DNA of 63,906 bases, the filler included, from Globobulimina sp. (Eukaryota), in assembly GCA_003354225.1 (NCBI GenBank). It is 56 parts of 56 records of this genome, joined end to end, with 100 filler letters (N's around TTAATTAATTAA, not from the genome) between each part and the next. Parts side by side here need not be neighbours in the genome. Positions count along the whole stretch, not along the records: positions 34,303 to 35,345 come from PIVH01025014.1; positions 35,446 to 36,488 come from PIVH01025015.1; positions 36,589 to 37,631 come from PIVH01025016.1; positions 37,732 to 38,774 come from PIVH01025017.1; positions 38,875 to 39,917 come from PIVH01025018.1; positions 40,018 to 41,060 come from PIVH01025019.1; positions 41,161 to 42,203 come from PIVH01025020.1; positions 42,304 to 43,346 come from PIVH01025021.1; 48 more parts are not named here. One strand, written 5' to 3'. Positions 35,151 to 48,090 of this stretch are shown here, one piece after another. The translations under genes were made by a program, and so were the position numbers. The notes beneath the pieces were generated by a model. The model had not been told where the DNA came from and made no database searches. It saw only the letters and a list, made by a program, of their open reading frames with translations. The first letter of the stretch is position 1. Every line of letters starts with the position of its first letter.

Positions 35151-36135
35151 ACATCCATCGTGTTTTATTTTTGTTTTTGGTTTTATTTCAGATTAGAATT
35201 AGTGCATTTAACTGAATTGAAAGCAAAGTCGATAATTCAGTTGATTTTATCCGTCTCACTCTATATTTATCAGACTAATCGAATAAATGTTTAATTATAT
35301 CAATCATATTTATGTTGAAAAGGATATAATACAGAATTACCTACANNNNNNNNNNNNNNNNNNNNNNNNNNNNNNNNNNNNNNNNNNNNTTAATTAATTA
35401 ANNNNNNNNNNNNNNNNNNNNNNNNNNNNNNNNNNNNNNNNNNNNAATTTTGGCCAAAAACCTCAAATTTTGGCTTCGGTCGCAGTTTGGCTCAAGACCC
35501 CTACATAAGTGTAATTCACCCTGAAAATATCTCTGGAATATCTCAAACCACTAAAAAATAAGAAACCGAATGTCTATTGTTGAAATTAGATAATGTACTC
35601 AAATTGACCATATTAGCTATGAATATGATATAACTGTATGTATTTGATTATTTTCAAAACACTTGATCCAGATATCATTTAAACTTTGTGCATAACAAAA
35701 TATGTTGTATCCATGACCCATTCGTGGGATGGCATTATTAGTGGCCGAAATGTGCTAATCAGGATGTTATCAAACATAAATTTAGAATCTGATTTGACAT
35801 TTCTGATAATTAACCATTGTCTGTTAATTAACAGTAACACCGGTGTAAATAAAATACCACCAGATAGATACTACTAACCATACTAATATGCCTTTCCTGT
35901 TTTATAAAGATTAAATAAGGCATATCCTGTTATTAACAATGTTTTGCTTTGTTTTATTTTATATGGCAAATAATTTTCAATTCAGATAATACCAATTGAT
36001 TAGGAGGTAAACACACAGGTGTCAACACATAATTAGTATTCAACCCACTTTGAAAAATAAATCACATTTGTGGTCAGAATATCATTAGATATCATACTGA
36101 ACAGATATATATTTTAGATAGAACAAGATTTCACT

Positions 36136-36488
36136 ATGTTCAAAAAGTTGTTATCTTTTCTAAACTGTGCTAGTTGTAAAACAAATAAAGATGCCAACAT
36201 CAATGCACTTTTATACAAGCCACTTCGACGCCGACGTGCTGGATTCGCAGCAGTTCATTTTGATTTAGACCTTCTCCAAAGACAGCTCTCTGAGGCTATT
36301 GTATCAGGAGATGCACAGAGCCTGAGCTATAACCTGCTCTACTACAAGGATTCCACCCCACTGGAGTATCTGAACCAAGGACAACTGTTGGCGCAGGCGT
36401 CATGTACAACAACATCGGATGTCAATATTATCTCTATCGTATTGGGTCTTCCGCTCGGCCGGGGGGACATTTTTTACGGCCACGCTAC
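36136..36488 (+). CDS. Hypothetical protein, N-terminal fragment
   Basis: ATG-started open frame to the contig end. Confidence 0.4.
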
Positions 36489-36588
36489 NNNNNNNNNNNN
36501 NNNNNNNNNNNNNNNNNNNNNNNNNNNNNNNNTTAATTAATTAANNNNNNNNNNNNNNNNNNNNNNNNNNNNNNNNNNNNNNNNNNNN

Positions 36589-37631
36589 AATATAAGCAAA
36601 TATATCGGCGTTGAGGACGAGGATGAGATTGAGGAATATGATGAGAATCTATGTAGAGATGTTCTCGTTGCGTATAAAGAAAAAAAGGACATCGCGGATA
36701 ACTATGATGGCGACGAGAAGGAAGAGGAAGAATATGGCGATTATAGCGAGGCGAACCAATATTTAATCTTAGTGCAAAAGTGGAGCAGTGGCTGCACGGA
36801 GGAGTTATATCGAAAAAAGGATAAATGTTTGGATGAATTCGATTATTCGGACAGCAACGAACGCATTTTTTTCACCGATTTCTATGTGCAATTAAATAAA
36901 TTCTTTTTCTGTGCGCAGATCGTGGCTGCTACGTTGGAGGTATTTGCCGACGATATCAAGGCCTTAACCAATAAAAAGAGGATATCGGCGGTGACTTTTG
37001 AGGATTTGGCGACGAAGAAAGCGGCGGAAGAGGAGGAGGAAGACGACAGCATTACAGTTTGGAGGGCGATTTATGAGGATTTGGATTTTGTGATTGAAGA
37101 ATTGGGCAATTTGTTCAGTCCCTTTATGCGCAGTAAGCCGTTGCAGGCTTTATGCAAATTGATGGCGGAGTTTATATCCGTGTGTTATGCGGGGAATTAC
37201 CCCGAATTTAGCAAGTTGTTATCCCATTATATTTGTCAGATTATTATTGAGGAGGAGATATCGGCGAATCCGATGCATTTATTGGACGATGCCTGCGGTG
37301 GCACCATATTGGTGTTGAACGATAAGAGGGCCTTTTTATTGAAATTGTATACGAGTATGGCGGACAATGCTGTGGTGAAACAGTACGATGAGGCGGAGGA
37401 AGATGACGAGGCTGAGGAGGCTGCGACGAGTGAGGAGGTCGGGGATAAGTTTGAGCAGATTGTGGCATTAATGATTGTGTCGATCTGTCAGTTGGATTGC
37501 TTGGGCGGCGAAACTATATTGGACGATGCCTGCGGTGGAACCATATTGGTGTTGAATGATAAGAGGGCCTTTTTATTGAAATTGTATACGAGTATGACGG
37601 ACAATGCTGCGGTGAAACAGTACGATGAGGC
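36589..37631 (+). CDS. Acidic hypothetical protein fragment with an internal duplication
   Basis: Long open frame; LDDACGGTILVLNDKRAFLLKLYTSM.DNA.VKQYDE occurs twice. Confidence 0.7.
37280..37631 (+). repeat. 115-bp direct repeat, period 237 bp
   Basis: 37280-37394 against 37517-37631 with about 4 substitutions; the second copy is cut by the contig end. Confidence 0.92.
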
Positions 37632-38014
37632 NNNNNNNNNNNNNNNNNNNNNNNNNNNNNNNNNNNNNNNNNNNNTTAATTAATTAANNNNNNNNNNNNN
37701 NNNNNNNNNNNNNNNNNNNNNNNNNNNNNNNAATTTTATGGGATTATTGCCAAACAAACAATTGCATACAATAATTTCTTTGATGATATTAATTGTTTCT
37801 ATCATTTTATTCTGTGGCATAATCCCTTTTGTTTGCAAATGGATATTATATTATAAATATGTTAAAATCATTGATACTGACAATCAAAATAAACACGATA
37901 CTGAATCACAAACAATAAAAGACCTTCTTGTTAATGAATTACGTCCGTTTTTTGTGAAACAATAACGACATCAGTATTGTACATAGTTAATGTAAACAAT
38001 TTAACCGTTTCTAT

Positions 38015-38656
38015 GTGCTGGTGCATTTTGTATACTTTATTTGCGACGTCAGACGTCCGTTGACCATGGCACAAGAAGTAGAGAAAAAAAAGCAAGATAA
38101 GGATATTAACCACATCCAAGTGTATTTCACCTTGGATGGGAAAAATGTATCACCGGCAACACATATATTACTTAAATCATGGGATTCATCTGAGATTGTG
38201 TTGGAATCTGCCGATTTATTCATTCAATGTGTATTTAAAATTGCACAACGTCGATTTCATTTAGTTCCAGCATCAAATTGGTTAAGAAATGAGAAAATGC
38301 ATTGCAAAAAATCAAATGATGGATCACGATGTAGAATTCCTATTATTTTAGGAATATGCACACAAATGTTTGATAGATTAGGATTTAAATATAATGAAGA
38401 TAGCAATTGCAACAATCAAATCGGTGTTGTCACAAAAGTAAAATATGAGAGCGATGTATATATTCCTGGAGTTGATGAAAATGCGATAAAATTGGTGGAC
38501 AATGCATTGATTATTGCTGCAAACGATAAAAATATAAAACAATTTATAACTGAAATCAATAACAATTTACTCAAACAATTTAAAATAGCTACCAAAAATA
38601 TTGATGATACTACAAAAGAAATTACATTGCCACTTGAAACTTGCTTGAATCTATAA
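38015..38656 (+). CDS. Hypothetical protein (probably an exon of a membrane protein starting at 37738)
   Basis: 213-codon open frame following a TM-containing ORF. Confidence 0.45.
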   Translation: MLVHFVYFICDVRRPLTMAQEVEKKKQDKDINHIQVYFTLDGKNVSPATHILLKSWDSSEIVLESADLFIQCVFKIAQRRFHLVPASNWLRNEKMHCKKSNDGSRCRIPIILGICTQMFDRLGFKYNEDSNCNNQIGVVTKVKYESDVYIPGVDENAIKLVDNALIIAANDKNIKQFITEINNNLLKQFKIATKNIDDTTKEITLPLETCLNL

Positions 38657-40089
38657 ATGCTGTGTTATTGATACTATTTATCTTTATTAGTATCAGTATC
38701 AGTATCGTTTCTTTTTGATGATAACAATTGTCTCGATCTATTATGAAAGTTTGTTTGCGACGCAAATGTTGGTTNNNNNNNNNNNNNNNNNNNNNNNNNN
38801 NNNNNNNNNNNNNNNNNNTTAATTAATTAANNNNNNNNNNNNNNNNNNNNNNNNNNNNNNNNNNNNNNNNNNNNGTTGTACAAAACATTTGTTTTCAGAA
38901 ACGCTCTCCGAACCTAAAAAAGATAAGAATTTTAAGCAAGATTTTCGCATTGCAGTAAGTCACTTCAAATCATCTTCTTTTGTGTTTTATCATGGCACAC
39001 AGACAAGTAACTTATCCCTCGAGCTCATCTCACCACGGTGCCACATTTCAAGGAGATTTTTCAGCACGTGATCATGTTGATTTTTCGCAGGATAATCGCA
39101 TTCGCAACATTTACCGGTTTAGTAAACACAATAAATCAACGCGCGCAGCCGATCAATCCCAAACCTTACAAGAAATGATACCGACTTTATTGGGGAATAT
39201 GTCCGTATTTAAACAAAATGGAATTGTATTGCAATTCGTAAATCTATTTATGAGTAAAATAGATAAAAATAATAAATATGTATTTGTGGATTCTGCGAGG
39301 AATGTATTGCTTGAACATAATAGTAATCATAAAAAAGCAGTTGTATCCATCGTTGATGAAGCGATGGAAGCGGGCATGTCCGGTGGGGATGGATGGCGAT
39401 GTTATAATTCTATCAAAAAACAAGTGAATCAAAATATATTTAACGTTTTGTGATATATTTATGTTAAATATGGCGGGCTGTTGGTACTACCTTGTTGGGC
39501 GGTGTCCAAATAAAACCATTTGGAGGTTGGTAGTCCTTGAAAACTACTTATTGGCAATACACTTATTCTAAATAAATATACACATATTGACCCAATAAAT
39601 ATAGGAGTCATTTCGCTTGGATTGTGATTTAAAATCGTTGTTGGACTCAGACACATGTCATGCAAATAGAAGCAGAGGGAGCGAATCAAGAGATGGCGAT
39701 GGAGATAGACGGCGAGTACGAGGAGGAGGGCGAAAACAAAAAAGAAATAGTTCTCGTTCAAGATCGCGTGATCGAGGTAAATATATAAATAAATATAAAA
39801 ATAATAATAATTATTCAAACAATTATGTGAATAAAAAACAACATAATAATTCGAATGTGCGCGGACACGATATTAATGATACAAATGTTGTGCAAAAGTA
39901 TGATATTAATGTTGTGCNNNNNNNNNNNNNNNNNNNNNNNNNNNNNNNNNNNNNNNNNNNNTTAATTAATTAANNNNNNNNNNNNNNNNNNNNNNNNNNN
40001 NNNNNNNNNNNNNNNNNTTCACGTATAATGACCTTATTGATGTAATAATTGATAAGGTTTTTTATTTTTAAAAATAAAGGAGATATAAA

Positions 40090-41060
40090 ATGTTTGACAA
40101 AGAAAAAATGTTTGATAGTGACGTAGTGATCAAAATTATTTCGAAAGATGAATATGATGAATTGAAAAATTGGTGTGATGATGAAGGTATCAGCATTACC
40201 GGATACCCAGGAATGTATCGTTGTATCAGGTTTGAAGATAATGATTGGGGTGCACGACATGCAGAAATAGAATATTATAAAAAGAGAGGAAAAACTATTT
40301 TATCTTTAGATGATATAAGAATGAAAGAGGTTGATTTTGATCTTATTGTATTTGAAGAAAATAATGTTGTTCATTGTGAGACATTAGAACAACATCAAAA
40401 TTTAAAAAAATGGGCAAAAGATAATCACGATAAATGGATTGCTGATTGGTATGCGAAAGAAGATACATATATTTCTCTTGTTTCAGGTGGATGGGGAAAT
40501 GTGTTAACTAATTCATCAAACAGAAATATTTTAAAATATGAGGATGTTATTATCGGACAAAAATTGTATACACTTGAACAAATAAAAAATGAAGATATTG
40601 CTGTTCATTGTGATACAAAAGAAAAAGCAATGCAATTTGACAAATTTACAAACAGATCAGACGCACCATCTGAAACATGGACCAGCTACAGAGAGCATAC
40701 TTGTTATGAATTAAATAGTTTTGATAGATGGGTGTTTTGTGACAAAAATTACTATGAAGAACACAATTACACAATCATTAGCATTGATCAAATAACAGAA
40801 ACAAAAGAGGAGAATTACAAAATGAAATACAAACTCATTAAAGAATTGACCGGTAAAGCAATTGTTGAAACAGCATGTACAGGTGAATTTAACCTATTTG
40901 TTAAAAAATATGGTTATACAGAAAATGTTATATGGAACGAAGAAAATGAAAAATTTATTGTAGAGCAGAATGGTTGGATTACCTTGTTTCTTGATAAAGG
41001 TTTTATTGTAAAAAATGAACCAAAAATTGTTTATAATGAAAAAGATATTTATGTTATAAA
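40090..41060 (+). CDS. Phage-like hypothetical protein with three ~70-aa repeats (VHC.T.E motif)
   Basis: AAGGAGA SD before ATG; repeats start DVVIKIISKDE / NVVHCETLEQ / IAVHCDTKEK and end ILSLDDI / ILKYEDV / IISIDQI. Confidence 0.75.
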
Positions 41061-41162
41061 NNNNNNNNNNNNNNNNNNNNNNNNNNNNNNNNNNNNNNNN
41101 NNNNTTAATTAATTAANNNNNNNNNNNNNNNNNNNNNNNNNNNNNNNNNNNNNNNNNNNNGA

Positions 41163-41229
41163 ATATTCAAGTTCGAGTTGAATTCATTTGAGGTGCATAC
41201 CTCAAATCAATTTAACTCAGCTTGAATAT
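41163..41229. repeat. 67-bp hairpin
   Basis: ATATTCAAG..GAGTTGAATTCATTTGAGGT-gcat-ACCTCAAATCAATTTAACTC..CTTGAATAT. Confidence 0.8.
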
Positions 41230-41375
41230 GGCTGCATCAACAGAAAGTTGCGTGTAATCACGTTTTTAATCTCATTTGTCTATTTGGTGCAGTCAACATT
41301 ATAAAAACGCCCATTGATGTTATCACTGTTTAATAGTTAACGTTTATATTCCATATGCATAAAAAAATATTTTCA

Positions 41376-42203
41376 CAGAATATACCGCAATTAATCGTGC
41401 AGAGTTTATTTTTATTAAAAATTGGACAATTTAATAAGATTGCAATATCATCCATGGTTTTTTCAGGTATTTCAATTGTTGTGGCCATAGTATCCATGAT
41501 AACTGCAAAGCAAATATTAAATGGTTCTGGATACGTAATTATTGAGTTTGAAGTGACTGCCTCTTCAGTAGTACAAAAACCAAATGCGTATAAAACTCAA
41601 GTTTCTAAAATAAGAAGTCAAATATCAGCCGTTTTGGGACTAAATCAAGAAAAAATGGTTGAAGTGATGAAACCAACCATAATTCCAAATGGATTAAAAT
41701 TAAAAATGCATATTCGTTTAAATGGTGTACAAAGAAATATAAATTATAAAATGTTATTGGATAAATTTCAACAAAGCGGCCAATTAGCACAAATTATACA
41801 AAATTCTTGGAAATTAAAAACTGTTCCTGTCTGTTCACAGATTGTTTTTACTGTTGTTGATCAATCAAAAAACAGGAAAACAAATACAGTTTCTGTCAAG
41901 GTTGACAGTGACAGTGATTTTATTATTAATAAAAATATTCAACTCTCAAAGGTGATGATTGGTTCTGTAGATTCAATAGATCTTAAACCAATGCCCATGG
42001 TGCGGCCGCTTCACTTGATACCAACAAGAGGTGGTAGTGGCAGCTACAGTGAATCTGAGGATGATGGAAATGAATTAATATATGAAGTCGAAGGAGATTA
42101 TAAAGATATGGATATGGGAAATATTCCAATTGGGAATGGAGGCATAGAAATATTAAATCAAACAGCAGCTAATATGGACAAAGAGGATGTAATTGTAAAT
42201 CAA
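41376..42203 (+). CDS. Multi-pass membrane protein, C-terminal exon
   Basis: TTTTCACAG acceptor then NIPQLIVQ..TM..SM.FS.ISI; long open frame. Confidence 0.6.
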
Positions 42204-42303
42204 NNNNNNNNNNNNNNNNNNNNNNNNNNNNNNNNNNNNNNNNNNNNTTAATTAATTAANNNNNNNNNNNNNNNNNNNNNNNNNNNNNNNNNNNNNNNNN
42301 NNN

Positions 42304-43328
42304 TCGGTGTTTACACATTTCACTTCATTCAACTGCAAAGAATGCGATGTTTTGATTGTTTGTGGAGGCTTTTTTGGTTTCTTTTGTTTGATTGGTTTTA
42401 ATTTATTTTGCTTTGAAATATTAATTTTACAGCCATCAAAAAATAAATTCTTTGACGAAGATTGAGTTGGACTCAATTGCAGATTTTGTAGCGATTCGTG
42501 TTCTTTTTTCTTATTTTTCTTTAATAAAATGAGAGACTGCGATTGTTTCCGTTGTTTTATATTTTTATTCATTGTTTTTTGTAATTCCTTTGAATTAAAA
42601 GTATTTGAATTTGGTGTAACAAACCATTGCTGAATTAATAATAATTTATTTTTATTATCCATTGAAAGCATTTCCTGTCTTTTATTTGGTGCAATATTCA
42701 ATGAATCCATCATGGAAATTAATGTCTTATTTAAATAGTTATTATCATATGGATCGATATCATTTTTTTCTTCTTTTTCCTCCATTTTCTTTTCTTGGCC
42801 AAAATAAATCTCTGTTCGTGTTGGTTTTATTTGGTTTTGTCGCACAAAAATAGATTTATTTTCATCGCAATCAAAGTAATGGAATCTGTTAATTTCTTTA
42901 GTGGACAGTATACGCAATGCATTATTTTTTGTATTGTACTTGGATTTGCGTCTGGAGGACAATGGTTTTTCTAATTCAATTCCAAACCAATAACTGTTTC
43001 CAAAATGTGTCATTCCAACATATTTTATGATGCCAAGACCAATATTTGTAACAACAACAGTTTGGTTATAATGGAATGAGGCTGAGATTGTATACTTTTT
43101 GGTTATTTCAGTTATGTCAGGTTTTTCAACAAAGATTCCATATTTGTGAGGACATTTGAAATATCGACGGCTATGCATACTTCCATCATGCGAACCGTTG
43201 CTTTGTTTTAAATGGATGCCATAATAAATAGTCTTTTTTACTGTAGTACGACCAATAAATTGTATTGTTCCAATACGAGAATCTTTTAAACGAACGGTGT
43301 CACGAAATGCAATGCACAAAGAAGACAT
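42304..43328 (-). CDS. Two CAP-Gly domains plus a formin GBD-like segment
   Basis: G.IQFIG....YYGI.L..G.HDGS..RYF.C...GIFV, a second degenerate copy, and MDSLNI...KR..M..M....K..LI.Q. Confidence 0.88.
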
Positions 43329-43504
43329 TTTTTAGAGTTTAAACATNNNNNNNNNNNNNNNNNNNNNNNNNNNNNNNNNNNNNNNNNNNNTTAATTAATT
43401 AANNNNNNNNNNNNNNNNNNNNNNNNNNNNNNNNNNNNNNNNNNNNCTCCTGTGATGGTGGTGGTTTCGGTTGCATTGGGATATGAGGATCAGTAATCTT
43501 TTTT

Positions 43505-44408
43505 ATGCAAACTCCTGCGAGTCAGAGTCGGGTCGCCATGGCATCCCCAAAAGATAAATTTAAACGCAAAATGAGTGTCCAATCAGAAACACGAACATCA
43601 CAACAAAAAAAAGCATTTATTGGTTGGGTAAACGCTCATTTACAGCAACGCTCAATGCACATTGACAAATTAGAGAATATATCACAAGTATCCCCATTAA
43701 TACATTTATTGGAAATATTAGAAAAGAAGTCATTAAATAAAATCACTAAAAACCATAAAAAACCACGCAATAAATTCGATAAAATGGAGGGAATGAGAAC
43801 ATGTTTAAATTATATCAGATCGAAAGAAAGCCGCAATGTCAACCCATTCGATGTTGAGAGTTAAACATATCCAAAAATTACCAAATTAAATATTATATTC
43901 CATTCTATCATACAAAATACAAATATCTAGCTTTAGTTTCTGGGAAAGAAGTCAAAATCTATCTAGCTTTAATATGGCGAATCATCACAAGTTATGGCAT
44001 TGCGACAATGAATGACGATGACGATATCATTGACGATAACAAAATCAATAAAAACGAAAATAAGGACAATGACATGAATGATATCAAGAAGCAAGAACCG
44101 CAGAAGCAAAAGAAAACAAAAATTGTGAAATCAGCTGAACAATGTTTAAGACATTGGGTCAACAGCCGGTTATCCAAAGAATTACAAATCACTATGGGAA
44201 GGTTTTAATTCATTTAATGAACCAAGCTTTGGCTAAAAATAATCAAATGAAGCCTGAAAGCATTAACAATATGGATAATACACAATTATTGCATAGCATA
44301 CTTGAAATTAATGACAAACTCTTACATATCCCACAATTATTAGACCCAAAAGATTTAGTAACTGCGCCAAATAAAGAAGCTGTTATGACTTATGTTTTGT
44401 TGTTATAA
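43505..44408 (+). pseudogene. Tandem calponin-homology (actinin-type) actin-binding domain; intron 43860-43930; CH2 disrupted
   Basis: QKKAFIGWVN.HL and LIHLLEILE; splicing gives LVSG..KIYLALIWRII; the frame changes near 44195 where the expected NF..W.D is missing before GKVL; IPQLLDP.DL..VMTYV follows. Confidence 0.7.
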
Positions 44409-44589
44409 TCAGCCATTCAAAATTGCGACGCGCGCAAACAAAATGAACCAGGTATCCAAATCAAAAATATTTTTCCTGTCAGCTATCCANNNNNNNNNNN
44501 NNNNNNNNNNNNNNNNNNNNNNNNNNNNNNNNNTTAATTAATTAANNNNNNNNNNNNNNNNNNNNNNNNNNNNNNNNNNNNNNNNNNNN

Positions 44590-45059
44590 GATTTAGACAA
44601 TATTTTTAATGATTTTATTAGTTTGGGTGACATTGAAATTGAAGGACGGGGAAATATTTTCTGTCGCGGAATACGTTGTTTGGTGTAATAACATCCTCGC
44701 AATATATATTCGTAGCAAATCAATTGGAAAAAAGCAAATGCTGTGAATACTAAATAAACAAAACCCAACGCAATATTTGTAATTAAATTCTTTGTCAAAA
44801 GACATCCGGTAAAGTTGCAAAGATCACCAATTACCCATAATAACCAAAACCAAAATGACTGAGATTCCGCAGCTTTGTTTTTACAATTTGTTACTATCTG
44901 TGGTAACAAAGCAAATGTCCATATTATCACTGATAACCAGCCAACACCAAAGGAAAGTTCATCGAATGTATTATAAACACAGCTTCCTAATGACTCTGTA
45001 AATGCCCATCGTAATGGTTCGTTGTACACATTGTGCAAAGGACAAATTCCAGCGTTCAT
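44590..45059 (-). CDS. PQ-loop (PQLC2/YPQ-like) transporter, N-terminal fragment
   Basis: SF.VGWLS..IW.FA.LPQI..N..K.AE..S..F...W.IGD..N..GC.LT. Confidence 0.88.
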
Positions 45060-45732
45060 TAATTTGAAGGAGAGCAGTGGAAAAAAAAAAGATGTGTAAC
45101 TTGAAGTAGTTATTATTTTCAAACATTTAGGGGAAAGGTATAAAATTAAGAATATCAGATTGTAATTAACCAAAATTCAAAAAATTATTTGTTGTTGTTT
45201 TTGTCTGTTTTTTTCTACATTTTGATTTTTTTCGTAACATTTTATATCTTTTTAACGGCATATTTTGTGCATTTGGATCCGGAGGTGATAAAATCGATAA
45301 ATCTTTGTCAGTTTCTTCAATTTCTATTTCCTGCGATGAATGTTCTAAACATGGAACTGAAACATTTCTCTCATTTAATGTCTCATTATCTGTGATACCT
45401 TCATTTGTTACATCATAGCTTATCAATTTATTATCATCATTATCATTGTCATTGTAATTATTATTATTATCCTTTCCATCCTCTGTTTTCTCACTGTCAT
45501 CATCTTCATTTTCATTCGAATTCCCATCTTTTTCCTGTTTCGTTAAATCCAAAATTTGAGATTGTCCATATTTATGTGTTTGTTTCCTTGCTTTTAATTT
45601 TTCAATTTCTTGTTTTAATGCTTCAATTTCTTNNNNNNNNNNNNNNNNNNNNNNNNNNNNNNNNNNNNNNNNNNNNTTAATTAATTAANNNNNNNNNNNN
45701 NNNNNNNNNNNNNNNNNNNNNNNNNNNNNNNN

Positions 45733-46489
45733 ATCAAAACAGCACAACAAAAATATGAAAAAACTAAAAAAAAACATGATTCATATCTTAATGTCAATAA
45801 TGTAAATAAAATTGCAACCAATGTTGCTAAGTTAGCTCAACAAAGCCCTGCGCTGTTAACAGCCATACAAGAGAATCCTGAGCTTTTGCAAGAAGCAATG
45901 CAAGATTCAAATATGTTAAGTATTTCTATTCGAATTAATATTACCGCAACCTATGTTTTTTGACAGATTACGGTCATTAATGGAAACAGACGACGATGAT
46001 ACAACCGGAGAAGAAAAGGACAATGCATCCGGTGCCTATTTATTATATGCTGTGGGTATTACTGACAGAGAAATCGAAATGGATATCTATCAAAAATGGA
46101 TAGAATATGCCATGACTGACCGCAACATAAACAGCGAGTATCTAGTAATCCGACATGAATATAAACAAGCAAATAAAACAGAATTTGAAGTGGTAAAACT
46201 CGACAAAGGTATTGAAGATATCGTGAATAAATATGCTGATTTTGAAAACGTATTTGTTTGGAATAAAACAACTCGCAAATTAGTCCTAATTGAAACAACC
46301 CAAAGTTTGAGCTCTCAGGGCATTTCCAGTGGTGATATGTTGGCTATTTTTTGGACTCCGACGCCCAAACCAAAGTATCATGGCCTTATGGATGGTACAA
46401 TGATGATTTATGTTAAAACATTGACGGGGAAAACAATCGATGTACGCTGCAATCCAATGGACACCATAGCAATCATTGGTATACTATAA
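45733..46489 (+). CDS. STI1-like plus ubiquitin-like domain protein, truncated; intron 45915-45966
   Basis: LAQQSPALLTAIQENPELLQ; MMIYVKTLTGKTI.V..P.DTI followed by an early stop. Confidence 0.65.
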
Positions 46490-46506
46490 ATGTTTAAAGA
46501 AAAACA

Positions 46507-46775
46507 CATGTAATTACATGTAATTTTCATGTAATTTTCATGTAATTTTCATGTAATTTTCATGTAATTTTCATGTAATTACATGTAATTTTGTCTAATT
46601 TTTCGTGTAATTACGTGTAAATCCATGAAATAATTTGATAATAACTATATTTTTTTCATTTTCATTGCCATTTCCATTGTCACGAAAATTTAATGAAATT
46701 TTCATCTAATTACGTGTAAATCCATGAAATAATTTGATAATAACTATATTTTTTTCATTTTCATTGCCATTTCCA
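46507..46775. repeat. CATGTAATT(TT/A) tandem array plus 69-bp direct repeat
   Basis: About 8 units of 10-11 bp at 46507-46591; 46608-46676 repeated at 46707-46775. Confidence 0.9.
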
Positions 46776-47626
46776 NNNNNNNNNNNNNNNNNNNNNNNNN
46801 NNNNNNNNNNNNNNNNNNNTTAATTAATTAANNNNNNNNNNNNNNNNNNNNNNNNNNNNNNNNNNNNNNNNNNNNACAAATCCTGCTTCGTAACATACAA
46901 AACCTAATTGCATGATGAAGATTTGACTCGCTGTGGTTCCAAGCCAGCCATATGTGACTTGGGATGCGCTGTTGTCGTAAGCAGCTGCCATTGACAAGTT
47001 GAATTATTGATTGTACTTAAAACTGTCCACTCAAAAACTATTGACCAAGTATTTAGATCCTTTCGTCCATAGGTCGCCCCTTATACTCTGCTTATATTAC
47101 GTTAGCCGGATTTGGTACAACATCGCGCCGTCCCACAAAAACAAGCAAATTCCAACACAACCAAAGGTGGTGAATCAAGTCTCATCACACCTCGACCACA
47201 CAGTTAATATTGATGTATTTCAACAAAGAAAGAGCATTTCATAAAATATCATTATATGTAATGAACGAGATGGTGTTGCATATTTTTTTGAGTTTGAAAC
47301 GGCAAACGAAACCATATGCATACAATATTTGTTTGCTTTAATAATAATATCCATTCCAATGATTGATATTATGTTTGTTTGTGGATATTATTTGTGAGTT
47401 TATTATGGTGACTGATGTACCAAACAATTTATCCAATGATATGAATGCGTATAATGCAAATACACAAAGAACGTGTTCACTTTGTTACAGTTACTAATAA
47501 ACTCACTCAAAATAATAAGCACAAACAACCATTCATAATATCAGAGCTTTCTCAGTTAACACACCTCACCACATTTGATTTTTTGTTTGTTTTATACAGA
47601 AATAGTGAGGATTTTCATTTTAAAAA

Positions 47627-47918
47627 ATGGCAAACAAAGAAACAATGGTAAAAGCCGACGCCACAGTGACTGAAACAGAGAAGTCTGATTTTCAAATATT
47701 CAAAACAGACACAACAAACTGTAATGTTGATGATAATAATAAAAAGAACGAAGGTGAAATGGTAAATAATTGCGACCATTTATTGCGAATTGCATATTAT
47801 TTGCGATATTATCAGTTATTATGTCAGAAAGAGAGTGACTTGAATGCGCAACAAATATTGATTGAGTTTTGCAGTAATTCATATTTAATGTGTTTGTCAG
47901 ATTATATTCATTTAATGA
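47627..47918 (+). CDS. Hypothetical protein, N-terminal fragment
   Basis: AAAAAATG start; C.HL.RI...L.YY..L.DYIH; open to the contig end. Confidence 0.55.
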
Positions 47919-48090
47919 NNNNNNNNNNNNNNNNNNNNNNNNNNNNNNNNNNNNNNNNNNNNTTAATTAATTAANNNNNNNNNNNNNNNNNNNNNNNNNN
48001 NNNNNNNNNNNNNNNNNNTTTTGTGGGTATTGAGAAATTTTCGGGAACACAAGATTTTGAGTTGGTGTATATTGTGTTTTTGTTTTGTAG

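Noticed and set aside
44400-44420. Window-wide TAA=Gln genetic code suggested by stray in-frame TAAs (24080, 44406)
   Set aside because: Conserved genes here (TLDc, PP1, EEP) end at TAA, and long AT-rich ORFs have no internal TAA/TAG.
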